This document shows, one piece after another, positions 11,792 through 20,863 of a stretch of 64,000 nucleotides of DNA. The notes beneath the pieces were generated by a model, which had not been told where the DNA came from, searched no databases, and saw only the letters and a program-made list of their open reading frames with translations. Every line of letters starts with the position of its first letter. Positions within the stretch are counted from its first letter, which is position 1. A program made the position numbers and the translations under genes. Source of the stretch: an uncultured bacterium (lineage in GTDB: Bacteria > Krumholzibacteriota > Krumholzibacteriia > LZORAL124-64-63); the NCBI GenBank assembly GCA_963727525.1, contig CAVSGO010000007.1:992001-1056000 (forward strand). Reading direction: 5' to 3'.

Positions 11792-11820
11792 ACTGTAAGA
11801 ATTCTAGCCACTGACGGCAA
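11792..11820 (-). promoter_or_regulatory. Sigma70-like promoter for the kinase/regulator pair
   Basis: TTGCCG-N17-TACAGT. Confidence 0.45.
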
Positions 11821-11919
11821 TCGGAAATTTGAGGTGGGACGATCGATGATGGTCGGCGTACGACGCAAAACACGGCACCTCTGGCGGCCGAGGTGCCGTG
11901 CACGAACTTTTCGCGATGT

Positions 11920-12294
11920 CTAGAGGCTATCGAGGGCGTCGATGACCTTGAGGACGCGTCCCGCGACCCGTTGCCGCACCTCCGCCGATTGGTAGTAGCC
12001 CGCGGCGAGCCGTTCCCGCACCTGGGCCAGTCGCTCGTGCCGCACGTCGGGAGTGCTGGCGATGACCTCGCGGCCGGTGTCGACGGCCGCGCGCAGATCG
12101 ACAAGGACGCGCGCGTTCGACGAGATCACGGCGTGGTCCCCGGGATTCGCGCCCACCGAGGCCGGATCCACCGCCGACGTGTTCATGGCAGCGCCGTTCT
12201 TCTGGCCGATGCCCTTCTGCCCGATATTCTGCGGATAGCAGTCCCCCGGGCGGGGCTGGACGGTATGATTCGTATCGAGTCTCTGCATCGCCAT
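11920..12294 (-). CDS. flgM: Anti-sigma28 factor FlgM
   Basis: DHAVISSNA and C-terminal PDVRHERLAQVRERLAAGYY. Confidence 0.85.
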   Translation of the reverse strand: MAMQRLDTNHTVQPRPGDCYPQNIGQKGIGQKNGAAMNTSAVDPASVGANPGDHAVISSNARVLVDLRAAVDTGREVIASTPDVRHERLAQVRERLAAGYYQSAEVRQRVAGRVLKVIDALDSL

Positions 12295-12553
12295 CGGGTC
12301 CAACCTCTCGCTCGGGTCGCGCCGCCACGCCAGGGTCGTGGCCTTCGGTCGTCAGACTAGCAAGCGCGGGACCCGTTCGCAATGGCGCTCCCGCTCGAGC
12401 TCGCCCGCCGCTACGCTTACCGCAAATCACTTCAAGTCGTTGTGCCAGAGCAGGTTATTACTCAAGACGCGAAGCCGCTCGACTTTTCGGGTGCCAGCGC
12501 ACCGCTGATCGCCCGCGTCGGTCGCGGTCAGCCTGCAACCACGGCTGATCAGG

Positions 12554-12581
12554 TTATCGACACCGAACGCGAGGATCTTGA
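12554..12581 (-). promoter_or_regulatory. Sigma28-like promoter upstream of flgM
   Basis: TCAA-N16-GTCGATAA. Confidence 0.55.
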
Positions 12582-12590
12582 GGGCGACTG

Positions 12591-13727
12591 TCACCCCGCG
12601 CGCCCGGCGGCGGCGGTGCGGGCGTGCCGATCGAGGCGCCGGGCCAGGGCTCCCATATCCTCCCAGTGCGGATAAAGACGCGCGAGCCTGCGCACGATCT
12701 CCGCCGCCGCATCGAGGCGCCCCGTCCTGGCCAGGCAACGCAACTCCTCCTTGGCCAGCAAGGGGTCGTCGCCGAAGCGGGCCCGCGCCCTCGCGAGCAC
12801 GTGTTCCATCGCGTCCCACCGTTCGAGATCGGCCAGGGCGCGCAGCCACTCGACCCAGCAGAAGATCAGGCGTGCGTCAGCAACCACCGCGCCGGCGAGC
12901 AGGTCGGCGGCGCGCGCGGGCTCACCGCTCTCCCGCAGCAGACGCCCGAGAAGGAAACGCGCCTGGGTCACGCTGCTGTCGGTGTCGCGACTCGCCGCCA
13001 CCCGCTCTAGGAGGGGAACGGCCGCTCTCGTGCTGCCGTCCTCGATCCTCACCACGGCGAGTTCGAGGAGTGCCCCGGGATCGTCCGGGGTATCGGCCAC
13101 CTTGCGTTCCACCAGGGCGCGATAGACCCGGCGGCGCTCGTGATTGCGTGCGGAGCCCTTCACGAAGCCGTAGTGGTGCACGGGCACATCGAGCACGTCG
13201 TACGGCACACCGGCACGGGTCGCGGACGGCAGGATCGACTCGTGGACCCGCCCCGTGAAACGCAGATCGTCCCGACGCGGAAAGAGGCCGGCGCGATTCG
13301 CGAGAAAGTAACCTGTTTGACCGGCCTCCTCGCGAGGGTAGCGGCCGCTCACCGGTCGCCATTGCGGATGGCGCATGTCGGCGCAGTAGTTCACGGTGGG
13401 TTGCACGCGCACCCGCGACGGGTCCGTGAGCGCCGCGCGCACGCGCGGGAAGTCCCGCGGCGCCACGACCTCGTCGGTGTCGAGGATGACGATCCAGTCG
13501 GTGCGGGCGGCGGCGAGTCCGGCATTGCGCGCTGCGGCAAAATCGTCGCACCAGGGGAACGCTACCACGTCGGCGCCGGCCTGTGCGGCGATCGCGGCCG
13601 TGGTGTCGCGGCTGCCGGTATCCACCACGGTGACCGCATCCACGAGAGGGCGATGATGCTCCAGGAACGCCGCCAGCGTCCCGGCAACGTCCTTCGCGAT
13701 CACCACCAGTCCGAGCGTCGTCGCCAC
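12591..13727 (-). CDS. GT2 glycosyltransferase with C-terminal TPR repeats
   Basis: VVDTGSRD, WCDDFAAARN, DxD (LDTDE), GRVHE, HHYG; TPR tail; GTG start after AAGGAGG. Confidence 0.9.
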   Translation of the reverse strand: MATTLGLVVIAKDVAGTLAAFLEHHRPLVDAVTVVDTGSRDTTAAIAAQAGADVVAFPWCDDFAAARNAGLAAARTDWIVILDTDEVVAPRDFPRVRAALTDPSRVRVQPTVNYCADMRHPQWRPVSGRYPREEAGQTGYFLANRAGLFPRRDDLRFTGRVHESILPSATRAGVPYDVLDVPVHHYGFVKGSARNHERRRVYRALVERKVADTPDDPGALLELAVVRIEDGSTRAAVPLLERVAASRDTDSSVTQARFLLGRLLRESGEPARAADLLAGAVVADARLIFCWVEWLRALADLERWDAMEHVLARARARFGDDPLLAKEELRCLARTGRLDAAAEIVRRLARLYPHWEDMGALARRLDRHARTAAAGRAG

Positions 13728-13738
13728 CCCTGCCTCCT

Positions 13739-14719
13739 TCAGACCGAATCGAAGCCCCAGACCGCCAACCTCAACGGGCCAAACACCACCTCGCCCGCCG
13801 GCGTCACCCGACCGAGCCAGGCGCGCACGTCGTCCGTGTCGGCAGGCGCCTGTCCAGGCGCCACGGCGTGCGCGAGGCCGGAAGGATCGAGCAAGGCCCA
13901 CAGTCCGCTGGTCATGGCGCTCCACACCGCGCCGCGCGGCGCCAGAAGCGCGAGCAAGTCTTCCCCGCCTTGCGGCACGAGCACCGAGCGAGCCCAGCCG
14001 CGTGCCACCATCGCTGCCAGGACGGCCGCCGCGAGGGGCGGCGCGCCGCCCCACTCGGCAACGTATTGCGGGAAATCGTCGCCCTTGCCGGCGAAGGCAT
14101 ACGCGCGAATATCGCCGGAGCGATCCGCAAGGACGAGGCCATGCGTGCCCGGCATGGCGTAGAGCGCGGCATGGTCCGCGTCATGGCGCCGCATACGCAG
14201 GGGATGCTGCGCGTAGAGCGTAGCCACGGCGGGCGTGTCGGCCGCCGTGAACGGCCGGATGGCGTCTCCCTCCGGCAGGAAATCGTCCAGCGCGGCCGCG
14301 CGCAGATCGGCGTGGTATTCCCAGCCGGCCGCCACGAATCCGCGGCCGGCGTACACCTCCGGGCGATCGCTCCACAGGACGGCGAGGGGGACGCCCGCGT
14401 GTCGCAGCTCGGCCAGGCAAGCATCCTGGAGCCGCCGGCTCAGGCCCTGGCCGCGCTGGTCGTCGCGCGTGACCACCGAACCGATGCCGGCCACCGGCAA
14501 ATCTTGCCGACCCGTCGTCGCATTGCGCACGAGCCAGACCAGTCCGCCAAGCAACGCGGCGCCGTCCCAACAACCGAGCATTCCGGCGCGGTTATCCGGG
14601 CCGAGAGCCACGGGGAAGTCGTCCATGACACGTGTTGCGCTGCCTTGAGGACGCATCCCTGCGTCGAGAAACGCCACGAAATCAGGGTGCTCCGCGAGGG
14701 TGGGCGGGCGAATCTCCAT
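13739..14719 (-). CDS. GNAT N-acetyltransferase (Eis-like, tandem GNAT)
   Basis: Acetyl-CoA motif IGSVVTRDDQRGQGLSRRL; VYAGRGF. Confidence 0.82.
   Translation of the reverse strand: MEIRPPTLAEHPDFVAFLDAGMRPQGSATRVMDDFPVALGPDNRAGMLGCWDGAALLGGLVWLVRNATTGRQDLPVAGIGSVVTRDDQRGQGLSRRLQDACLAELRHAGVPLAVLWSDRPEVYAGRGFVAAGWEYHADLRAAALDDFLPEGDAIRPFTAADTPAVATLYAQHPLRMRRHDADHAALYAMPGTHGLVLADRSGDIRAYAFAGKGDDFPQYVAEWGGAPPLAAAVLAAMVARGWARSVLVPQGGEDLLALLAPRGAVWSAMTSGLWALLDPSGLAHAVAPGQAPADTDDVRAWLGRVTPAGEVVFGPLRLAVWGFDSV
14495..14509. promoter_or_regulatory. Putative activator binding site CGGCAA-N3-TTGCCG inside the GNAT gene
   Basis: CGGCAA ATC TTGCCG; exact reverse complement of the 7954 site. Confidence 0.55.
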
Positions 14720-14732
14720 GCTTCGTCCCATC

Positions 14733-14748
14733 TGGCGTGCAAGTTGCA
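14733..14748 (+). promoter_or_regulatory. Sigma54 promoter for flagellin 1
   Basis: TGGCGT-GCAAG-TTGCA (GG-N10-GC). Confidence 0.65.
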
Positions 14749-14935
14749 ATGGCCCGACAAGCCTGGCTCGCAATGTGCGACGAGCGCCCACGGCGATCGT
14801 CAGCGAGCATCGTCTGAAGGAGCGGACGAGCCAACAGTACCGGCAAGCGGCGATCACGGGCAAGCCGCAAGTTGCGTGAAATCACGTTGGCCGGCCGACC
14901 GTACAGCGGCGGCCTCGACAATGGAGGAGATCGGG

Positions 14936-15775
14936 ATGGGTCTGCGCGTCAATACCAACGTCGCTTCGCTCAATGCGCAGCGGCACCTCTACAACACGAC
15001 GATGAACTTCAACAGGTCGATGGAGCGGTTGAGTTCCGGACTGCGGATCAACCGCTCTGGCGACGACGCGGCGGGACTCGCCATCAGCGAGGGCCTCAAG
15101 AGCGACATCCGCGCCCTCGACCAGGCCAGCCGCAATGCGGCCGACGGCATCTCTCTCGTGCAGACCGCGGAGGGCGCACTGGACGAGGTCAACAACATCC
15201 TGCTGCGCCTGCGCGAACTGGCGGAACAGGCGGCCACCGAGACGCTGGGCGCCACCGAGCGCAACTACCTGGACGGGGAGTTCCAGGAGCTGCTCGGCGA
15301 GATCGACCGCATCAGCGTGACGGCCGAATTCAACGGCATCCGCCTGCTCGACGGCAGCGCCGACGTGCTCGACGTGCAGGTCGGTATCGGCACCGATGCC
15401 ACCACCAGCGCCGTGTCCATCGATCTCAGCCAGCCGATGAACACGACGCAGCTCTCGCTGAACGGCACCACGATCGCCGGCACCGACGGAACCGTGGCGC
15501 GTGCCCTGATCGGCACTATCGAGGCGGCCACGGGCACCGTGAGCCAGCTGCGCGCAAGCTTCGGCGCGGCCCAGAACCGTCTCGAGACATCGATCCGCAA
15601 CATCGGCATGACCGTGGAGAATCTCAGCGCGGCGAACAGCCGCATCCGCGATGTCGACGTGGCTGTGGAGACCTCGAACATGACGTCGCTGCAGATCCTG
15701 CAGCAGGCCGGCGTGTCGATCCTCTCCCAGGCCAACATGACGTCGTCGCTCGCCCTGAAACTCCTCCAGGGCTAG
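14936..15775 (+). CDS. fliC: Flagellin 1 (279 aa)
   Basis: MGLRVNTN, LSSGLRIN..DDAAGLAIS, QTAEGAL, GAAQNRLE, SRIRDVD, QILQQAG. Confidence 0.97.
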   Translation: MGLRVNTNVASLNAQRHLYNTTMNFNRSMERLSSGLRINRSGDDAAGLAISEGLKSDIRALDQASRNAADGISLVQTAEGALDEVNNILLRLRELAEQAATETLGATERNYLDGEFQELLGEIDRISVTAEFNGIRLLDGSADVLDVQVGIGTDATTSAVSIDLSQPMNTTQLSLNGTTIAGTDGTVARALIGTIEAATGTVSQLRASFGAAQNRLETSIRNIGMTVENLSAANSRIRDVDVAVETSNMTSLQILQQAGVSILSQANMTSSLALKLLQG

Positions 15776-15804
15776 ACGCGGCCGCGCAGACTCCGCCCGT
15801 GATA

Positions 15805-15834
15805 CGAGGGCGCGCCAACCCCGGCGCGCCCTCG
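15805..15834 (+). terminator. GC-rich hairpin after flagellin 1
   Basis: CGAGGGCGCGCC-aacccc-GGCGCGCCCTCG; no U-tract. Confidence 0.45.
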
Positions 15835-15855
15835 CCCCGCCCCAGGAGATTCCTC

Positions 15856-15882
15856 TCAAGTTCGCCGCCGCTACGTCGATCA
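15856..15882 (+). promoter_or_regulatory. Sigma28 promoter for flagellin 2
   Basis: TCAA-N15-GTCGATCA. Confidence 0.6.
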
Positions 15883-15971
15883 TCTGCGCGTCACGTGTTA
15901 TCCACGGACGGATGACGTGCGAGCCTCGGACGTCCTCGTCCCGCCAAGCAGAGTCTTCAAGGAGGAAGATC

Positions 15972-16799
15972 ATGGGTATCCGCATCAACACCAACATCTC
16001 GTCGATCAACGCGCAGCGGCACCTGTATAACGCCAGCGTCGACTTCAACAAGTCCATGGAGAAGCTGTCCAGCGGCCTGCGCATCAACCGCGCCAGCGAT
16101 GATGCCGCCGGTCTGGCCATCTCCGAGGGCTTGAAGAGCGACATCCGTGCGCTCGACCAGGCCAGCCGCAATGCTGCCGACGGCGTGTCCCTTGCGCAGA
16201 CCGCCGAGGGTGCGCTGGACGAGGTCAGCAACATCCTGCTGCGCATGAAGGAGCTGACGGAGCAGAGCCTGAACGGCACGCTGGGCGATTCGGAGCGGGG
16301 CTACCTCGATTCCGAGTACACCGCGCTGCAGGGCGAGATCGACCGCATCGCGCAGTCGACCGAGTTCAACGGCATCCACCTGCTCGACGCCACCGGCACC
16401 AACGTGAACATCCAGGTCGGTATCGGCACCCAAACATACGACTCGATCGCCATCGACCTGAGCACCAACCGTGACAGTGCGAACCTCGGCGTCAGCACCG
16501 CCATCGACACGGCCGGCAATGCCGCAACGGCGATGGGCGAGATCGACACGGCCATCGACACCGTGAGCTCCGCGCGCGCCGACTTCGGTGCGATCCAGAA
16601 CCGTCTGGAAAGCTCGATCCGCAACATCGCGAACACATCGGAGAACCTGAACGCTGCCAACAGCCGTATCCGCGACGTCGACGTGGCGTCCGAATCGGCC
16701 AAGATGATCAGTTCCCAGATCCTGCAGCAGGCTGGTGTGTCCATCCTGGCGCAGGCCAACACCGTTCCGAGCCTGGCGATGACGCTGCTGCGCGGTTAG
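15972..16799 (+). CDS. fliC: Flagellin 2 (275 aa)
   Basis: Full flagellin N- and C-terminal motifs; RBS AAGGAGG. Confidence 0.97.
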   Translation: MGIRINTNISSINAQRHLYNASVDFNKSMEKLSSGLRINRASDDAAGLAISEGLKSDIRALDQASRNAADGVSLAQTAEGALDEVSNILLRMKELTEQSLNGTLGDSERGYLDSEYTALQGEIDRIAQSTEFNGIHLLDATGTNVNIQVGIGTQTYDSIAIDLSTNRDSANLGVSTAIDTAGNAATAMGEIDTAIDTVSSARADFGAIQNRLESSIRNIANTSENLNAANSRIRDVDVASESAKMISSQILQQAGVSILAQANTVPSLAMTLLRG

Positions 16800-16830
16800 C
16801 CGCGTCGGGCGACACGAGGGTGACGGTCCA

Positions 16831-16857
16831 AGGGCCCGGCGCAAGTCGGGCCCTCTT
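16831..16857 (+). terminator. Hairpin terminator after flagellin 2
   Basis: AGGGCCCGGC-GCAA-GTCGGGCCCT-CTT with GNRA loop. Confidence 0.55.
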
Positions 16858-16897
16858 CGCGCCCGCGGCTAGAGCCATAAGCGCAAATATAATTCCC

Positions 16898-16924
16898 TAA
16901 AGTCAAAACTAATGATGCCGACAA
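16898..16924 (+). promoter_or_regulatory. Near-consensus sigma28 promoter for flagellin 3-flaG-fliDS
   Basis: TAAA-N15-GCCGACAA in an AT-rich patch. Confidence 0.85.
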
Positions 16925-17014
16925 TATTCCTAGATGACCTCAAATTCATCCGGCGTCGCCCCGCCCCATGAATCCGCGGTCGCAAGACAGGAATCTCGTT
17001 CAGGGAGGACGAAC

Positions 17015-17839
17015 ATGGGTATCCGCATCAACACCAACGTCGCGTCGATCAACGCGCAGCGGCACCTGTACAACGCCAGCGTCGACTTCAACAAGTCCAT
17101 GGAGAAGCTGTCCAGTGGCTTGCGCATCAACCGCGCCAGCGATGATGCCGCCGGTCTGGCCATCTCCGAGGGCTTGAAGAGCGATATCCGTGCGCTCGAC
17201 CAGGCCAGCCGCAACGCTGCCGACGGCGTGTCCCTCACGCAGACCGCTGAGGGTGCGCTGGACGAGGTCAGCAACATCCTGCTGCGCATGAAGGAGCTGA
17301 CGGAGCAGAGCCTGAACGGCACGCTGGGCGATTCGGAGCGGGGTTACCTCGATTCCGAGTACACCGCGCTGCAGGGCGAGATCGACCGCATCGCGCAGTC
17401 GACCGAGTTCAACGGCATCCACCTGCTCGACTCCACCGGCACCAACGTGAACATCCAGGTCGGTATCGGCACCCAGGGGTACGACTCGATCGCCGTGGAC
17501 CTGAGCACCAATCGTGACAGCGCGACCCTCGGTGTCAGCACCGGCATCGACACGGCCGGCAACGCCGCCACGGCGATGGGTGAGATCGACACGGCCATCG
17601 ACACCGTGAGCTCCGCGCGCGCCGACTTCGGCGCGATCCAGAACCGTCTGGAGAGCTCGATCCGCAACATCGCGAACACGTCGGAGAACCTGAGCGCTGC
17701 CAACAGCCGTATCCGCGACGTCGACGTGGCGTCCGAATCGGCCAAGATGATCAGCGCCCAGATCCTGCAGCAGGCTGGTGTGTCCATCCTGGCGCAGGCC
17801 AACACGACCCCGAGTCTGGCGATGTCTCTGCTTCGGTAG
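17015..17839 (+). CDS. fliC: Flagellin 3 (274 aa), near-identical paralog of flagellin 2
   Basis: Flagellin motifs; about 12 substitutions versus flagellin 2. Confidence 0.97.
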   Translation: MGIRINTNVASINAQRHLYNASVDFNKSMEKLSSGLRINRASDDAAGLAISEGLKSDIRALDQASRNAADGVSLTQTAEGALDEVSNILLRMKELTEQSLNGTLGDSERGYLDSEYTALQGEIDRIAQSTEFNGIHLLDSTGTNVNIQVGIGTQGYDSIAVDLSTNRDSATLGVSTGIDTAGNAATAMGEIDTAIDTVSSARADFGAIQNRLESSIRNIANTSENLSAANSRIRDVDVASESAKMISAQILQQAGVSILAQANTTPSLAMSLLR

Positions 17840-17902
17840 ACAGGATGTCCATTTGGCGGGCCCTGCCCCGGCGGGGCCCGTCGAACCAGGTGAGGGAACA
17901 CC

Positions 17903-18283
17903 ATGCAGTCGATCACCGCGATCCCGAGGGCTCGACCAACCTCCACCGCGCCGGTGGGCGTAGATCTCCCCAGCACGATGCACCCCCCGACGGGGGAAGA
18001 TTCGATCCCGGCCGGCCCGGCGGTCCCGGCGCCGACCGCGCAGACCGTCGACCCCGAGGCCGTCGCCATGGCAGCCGCGGACCTGGCCGACACCATGCAG
18101 GCCCTCATGTATGAACCCCATGACGTCGTCCTGCGCTACGATGCCGACCACCATATCCCGATCGTCGAGGTGCGGGACGCCTCCAGCGGCGAACTGATCC
18201 GTCAGTTTCCCCCTGAAGAAATCCTAAAGATGAGGGGACATATGGACGAACTGTTGGGCACGGTCATCGACCGCAAGTCCTGA
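17903..18283 (+). CDS. flaG: Flagellar protein FlaG
   Basis: VEVRDASSGELIRQFPPEEILK; between flagellin and fliD. Confidence 0.92.
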   Translation: MQSITAIPRARPTSTAPVGVDLPSTMHPPTGEDSIPAGPAVPAPTAQTVDPEAVAMAAADLADTMQALMYEPHDVVLRYDADHHIPIVEVRDASSGELIRQFPPEEILKMRGHMDELLGTVIDRKS

Positions 18284-18329
18284 CATGCTCGTTGCTGGCG
18301 GCAAGTCCGCCATGGCCTTGGAGGCATAT

Positions 18330-19655
18330 ATGAGCAGCACGCTGTCCTTCAGCGGACTGGCCACCGGACTCGACACGGCGACCATCGTCGACCAGCTCTG
18401 CGCCATCCGCGGCGCGCCGATCTCGCGCATGCAGAGCCAGCAGTCGGCATTCAAGAAGCAGATCACGGCGCTGAACACCCTCAAGACCAAGCTCCAGGCA
18501 CTCCAGGAAGCCGGCCGGAAGATCGATAGCGCCACGGAATTCTCGGCGATCACCGCGACGTCGTCCAACGAGAGCATCCTCGTCGCGACGGCCAATGGCG
18601 AGGCCTCCCCCGGCGGGCACGATGTGATCGTGCACTCCCTCGCCCAGGCGCAGCGTTCCGTGTCGCAAGGTCTCAACAGCCAGCTCACACTCGTCGGCTC
18701 CGGCACCATGACGTTCAATGTGGGCGGCACCGCCACCGATCTCACCATCGCGAACGGCACGTCGCTCCGGGACCTTGCCAACCAGATCAACGACGACGTC
18801 GATGGCGTGAACGCCAGCATCGTCTACGACGGCAACACGTCCGGCGGCTACCACCTGGTCCTCTCCGGCGATGCCGGTAGCGACGGTGCGTTCACCGTGG
18901 ACTCCTCGGGACTCAGCGGCGGTACCGCGCCCACGTTCACCACGACCCAGGACGCGCTGGACGCCACGCTCACTGTCGACGGCCTCGAGATCACGGCATC
19001 GGGCAACGTGCTCGACAACGTCATCAGCGGCCTTACCCTGGACCTGCGCAAGGCCGAAGAAGGCACCGCCGTCCATATCGAGACCGCCGTGGACGCGGCC
19101 GGCGTGCAGGACCAGGTGCAGGCGTTCGTCGACGCCTACAACGACGTTTTCTCGTTCGTCAAAACGGCCCTCGCGACCGGCGGCGCACTCGAAGGCAACT
19201 CCACGGCGCGCACGGTCGCGTCGCGCGTCGAGGCCGCCATGTCCTCGTCCCTCGGCAATCCCGACGCGTCCTTCACCATTCTCGCCCAGGCCGGCATCGA
19301 GCGCACACGCGAACGCACGCTCGAATTCGATACGACCAAGTTCGCGGACGCCTTGCAGGACAATTTCGCCGCCGTGCGCGATCTCTTCATCACGCGCGAC
19401 GGCAACAGCGGCAAGGCCGGCGTCATCGACGACATGATCGACCAGCTCACCGACAGGGTCGACGGGCTGTTCAAGATCGGCACCGATGCGTTGAACCGGA
19501 AGGTCGACAGCCTCGACGACACGATCGCCCGCTACGAACTCAGTCTCGACAACTACCGTACGACGCTCGAGCGCAAGTTCACGGCGATGGAGTCGCAGGT
19601 TTCGATGCTGCAAGCGCAGGGACAGTACCTCTCGTCCCTCTCGTTCAATTCCTAA
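18330..19655 (+). CDS. fliD: Filament cap protein FliD
   Basis: FSGLATGLDT, LAQAQ, FVDAYN, KFTAMES. Confidence 0.95.
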   Translation: MSSTLSFSGLATGLDTATIVDQLCAIRGAPISRMQSQQSAFKKQITALNTLKTKLQALQEAGRKIDSATEFSAITATSSNESILVATANGEASPGGHDVIVHSLAQAQRSVSQGLNSQLTLVGSGTMTFNVGGTATDLTIANGTSLRDLANQINDDVDGVNASIVYDGNTSGGYHLVLSGDAGSDGAFTVDSSGLSGGTAPTFTTTQDALDATLTVDGLEITASGNVLDNVISGLTLDLRKAEEGTAVHIETAVDAAGVQDQVQAFVDAYNDVFSFVKTALATGGALEGNSTARTVASRVEAAMSSSLGNPDASFTILAQAGIERTRERTLEFDTTKFADALQDNFAAVRDLFITRDGNSGKAGVIDDMIDQLTDRVDGLFKIGTDALNRKVDSLDDTIARYELSLDNYRTTLERKFTAMESQVSMLQAQGQYLSSLSFNS

Positions 19656-19681
19656 TCGCCGGCAAGGGAAGGCCAGGACAG

Positions 19682-20203
19682 ATGGACAGCAGCTTCGGGA
19701 TCCGTGCCTACCAGGAAGCGGACTACGGCTCCATGGGCAAGGAGAAGATGGTCGTCCTGCTCTACGAGAAGATGATCGAGCACTTCCTCGCCGCAGAGGT
19801 GGCGGCCCACAACCACGAGCGGATCGAGATGACCCGGCGTCTGAACCGGGCTCAGCCCATCGTGGTCGAACTGCGCAACGCGCTCGACATGGGGATCGGT
19901 GGCGATATCGCTCGCAACCTGGAAGCCCTCTACGACTTCGTCTTCCACGAGGGCCTGGCGATGCTCACCGACCAGTCGCCCGAGCATGCACGCAACTGCT
20001 TACGCGTCCTGCAGCCTCTGCTCGACGCGTGGCGCCGGATCCCGCCGGGCACGGCGGAGCGTACGGCCCGGGACCGATCTCAGGCGGCTGGCCCGGAACC
20101 TGCTCCTCATCCCGTCGAGACCTCCAGTCCGGTCCGGACCGCCCACGATGCCGCGGGCGCGAATCCGGTGGACACGAGCCGGCTGCTATCGGTCTCTGCC
20201 TGA
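19682..20203 (+). CDS. fliS: Flagellin chaperone FliS with C-terminal extension
   Basis: AYQE, VVLLYE, ELRNALDM..GGDIARNLEALYDF, LLDAW. Confidence 0.93.
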   Translation: MDSSFGIRAYQEADYGSMGKEKMVVLLYEKMIEHFLAAEVAAHNHERIEMTRRLNRAQPIVVELRNALDMGIGGDIARNLEALYDFVFHEGLAMLTDQSPEHARNCLRVLQPLLDAWRRIPPGTAERTARDRSQAAGPEPAPHPVETSSPVRTAHDAAGANPVDTSRLLSVSA

Positions 20204-20205
20204 TC

Positions 20206-20529
20206 GTGCCGACCTGCGAGAGCATCATCACGTCCCTGCTGGCGGTCTCGTCCGACCTGCGCGAAGCGTTGCGTGCGACCGACACAGCCACCTGCGACGC
20301 CTTGCTGGTCCATCGTCAGGCCCTCCTCGAGACGCTTCCCGGCGTTCTGGCCGATCTGTCCGCCTGCGAGCGCGAAGCCTGCCTGGCCACCCTCGGTGAC
20401 GATGACGGCGCGCTGCAGAACGCGTTCCGGGTGGTGCGCAACGAGGTCGCCAGCCAGCTCGCACAGCGCCAGGCATCCCCGGCCGCGCCCGACAGCCGAC
20501 AGCCGCGCCGGTTAGACCGTCGCGCCTGA
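20206..20529 (+). CDS. Small helical protein, FliT-like by position
   Basis: 107 aa after fliS; LLVHRQALLE helix; C-terminal LDRRA. Confidence 0.5.
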   Translation: MPTCESIITSLLAVSSDLREALRATDTATCDALLVHRQALLETLPGVLADLSACEREACLATLGDDDGALQNAFRVVRNEVASQLAQRQASPAAPDSRQPRRLDRRA

Positions 20530-20555
20530 GCCAACCCTCGAATCAGCACGGGTAA

Positions 20556-20819
20556 CTACTTGTCGACAGGGTCCTTGGAGTCGATGGGCCGCGTCGCCTT
20601 GACGCGTTTCTTGAGGGCTTCGACGTCGGCGGGGGCGGACTTGGACGCGTCGAGAGTGGAGTTCTTGATCTCCTCGTAGATCTCGTGGCGGTGCACGGGA
20701 ATCGAGCGTGGCGCGTCGATTCCGATCTGCACCTGATCGCCGCGTATGTCCACGATCATGATCGAGATCTCGTCCCCGATCATGATCTTCTCATTGCGTT
20801 TGCGGCTGAGGATGAGCAC
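20556..20819 (-). CDS. csrA: Carbon storage regulator CsrA
   Basis: [25 protein letters not shown] plus C-terminal helix typical of FliW-regulated CsrA. Confidence 0.97.
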   Translation of the reverse strand: MLILSRKRNEKIMIGDEISIMIVDIRGDQVQIGIDAPRSIPVHRHEIYEEIKNSTLDASKSAPADVEALKKRVKATRPIDSKDPVDK

Positions 20820-20863
20820 GGGACCTCCCTGTCCGGCCTGTGGCGGCGCCTACGCGCCGCCGG

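Noticed and set aside
14870-14905. Sigma28 promoter for flagellin 1
   Set aside because: GCCGACCG is a poor -10 and the spacing to a -35 does not fit; the sigma54 element at 14733 is better.
13868-14935. N-terminally extended 635-aa flagellin
   Set aside because: The extension is antisense to the GNAT gene; the canonical MGLRVNTN start with RBS is at 14936.
18281-18296. Sigma54-like TGACAT-N5-TTGCT before fliD
   Set aside because: Lacks the invariant GG at -24; read-through from the flagellin 3 promoter is sufficient.
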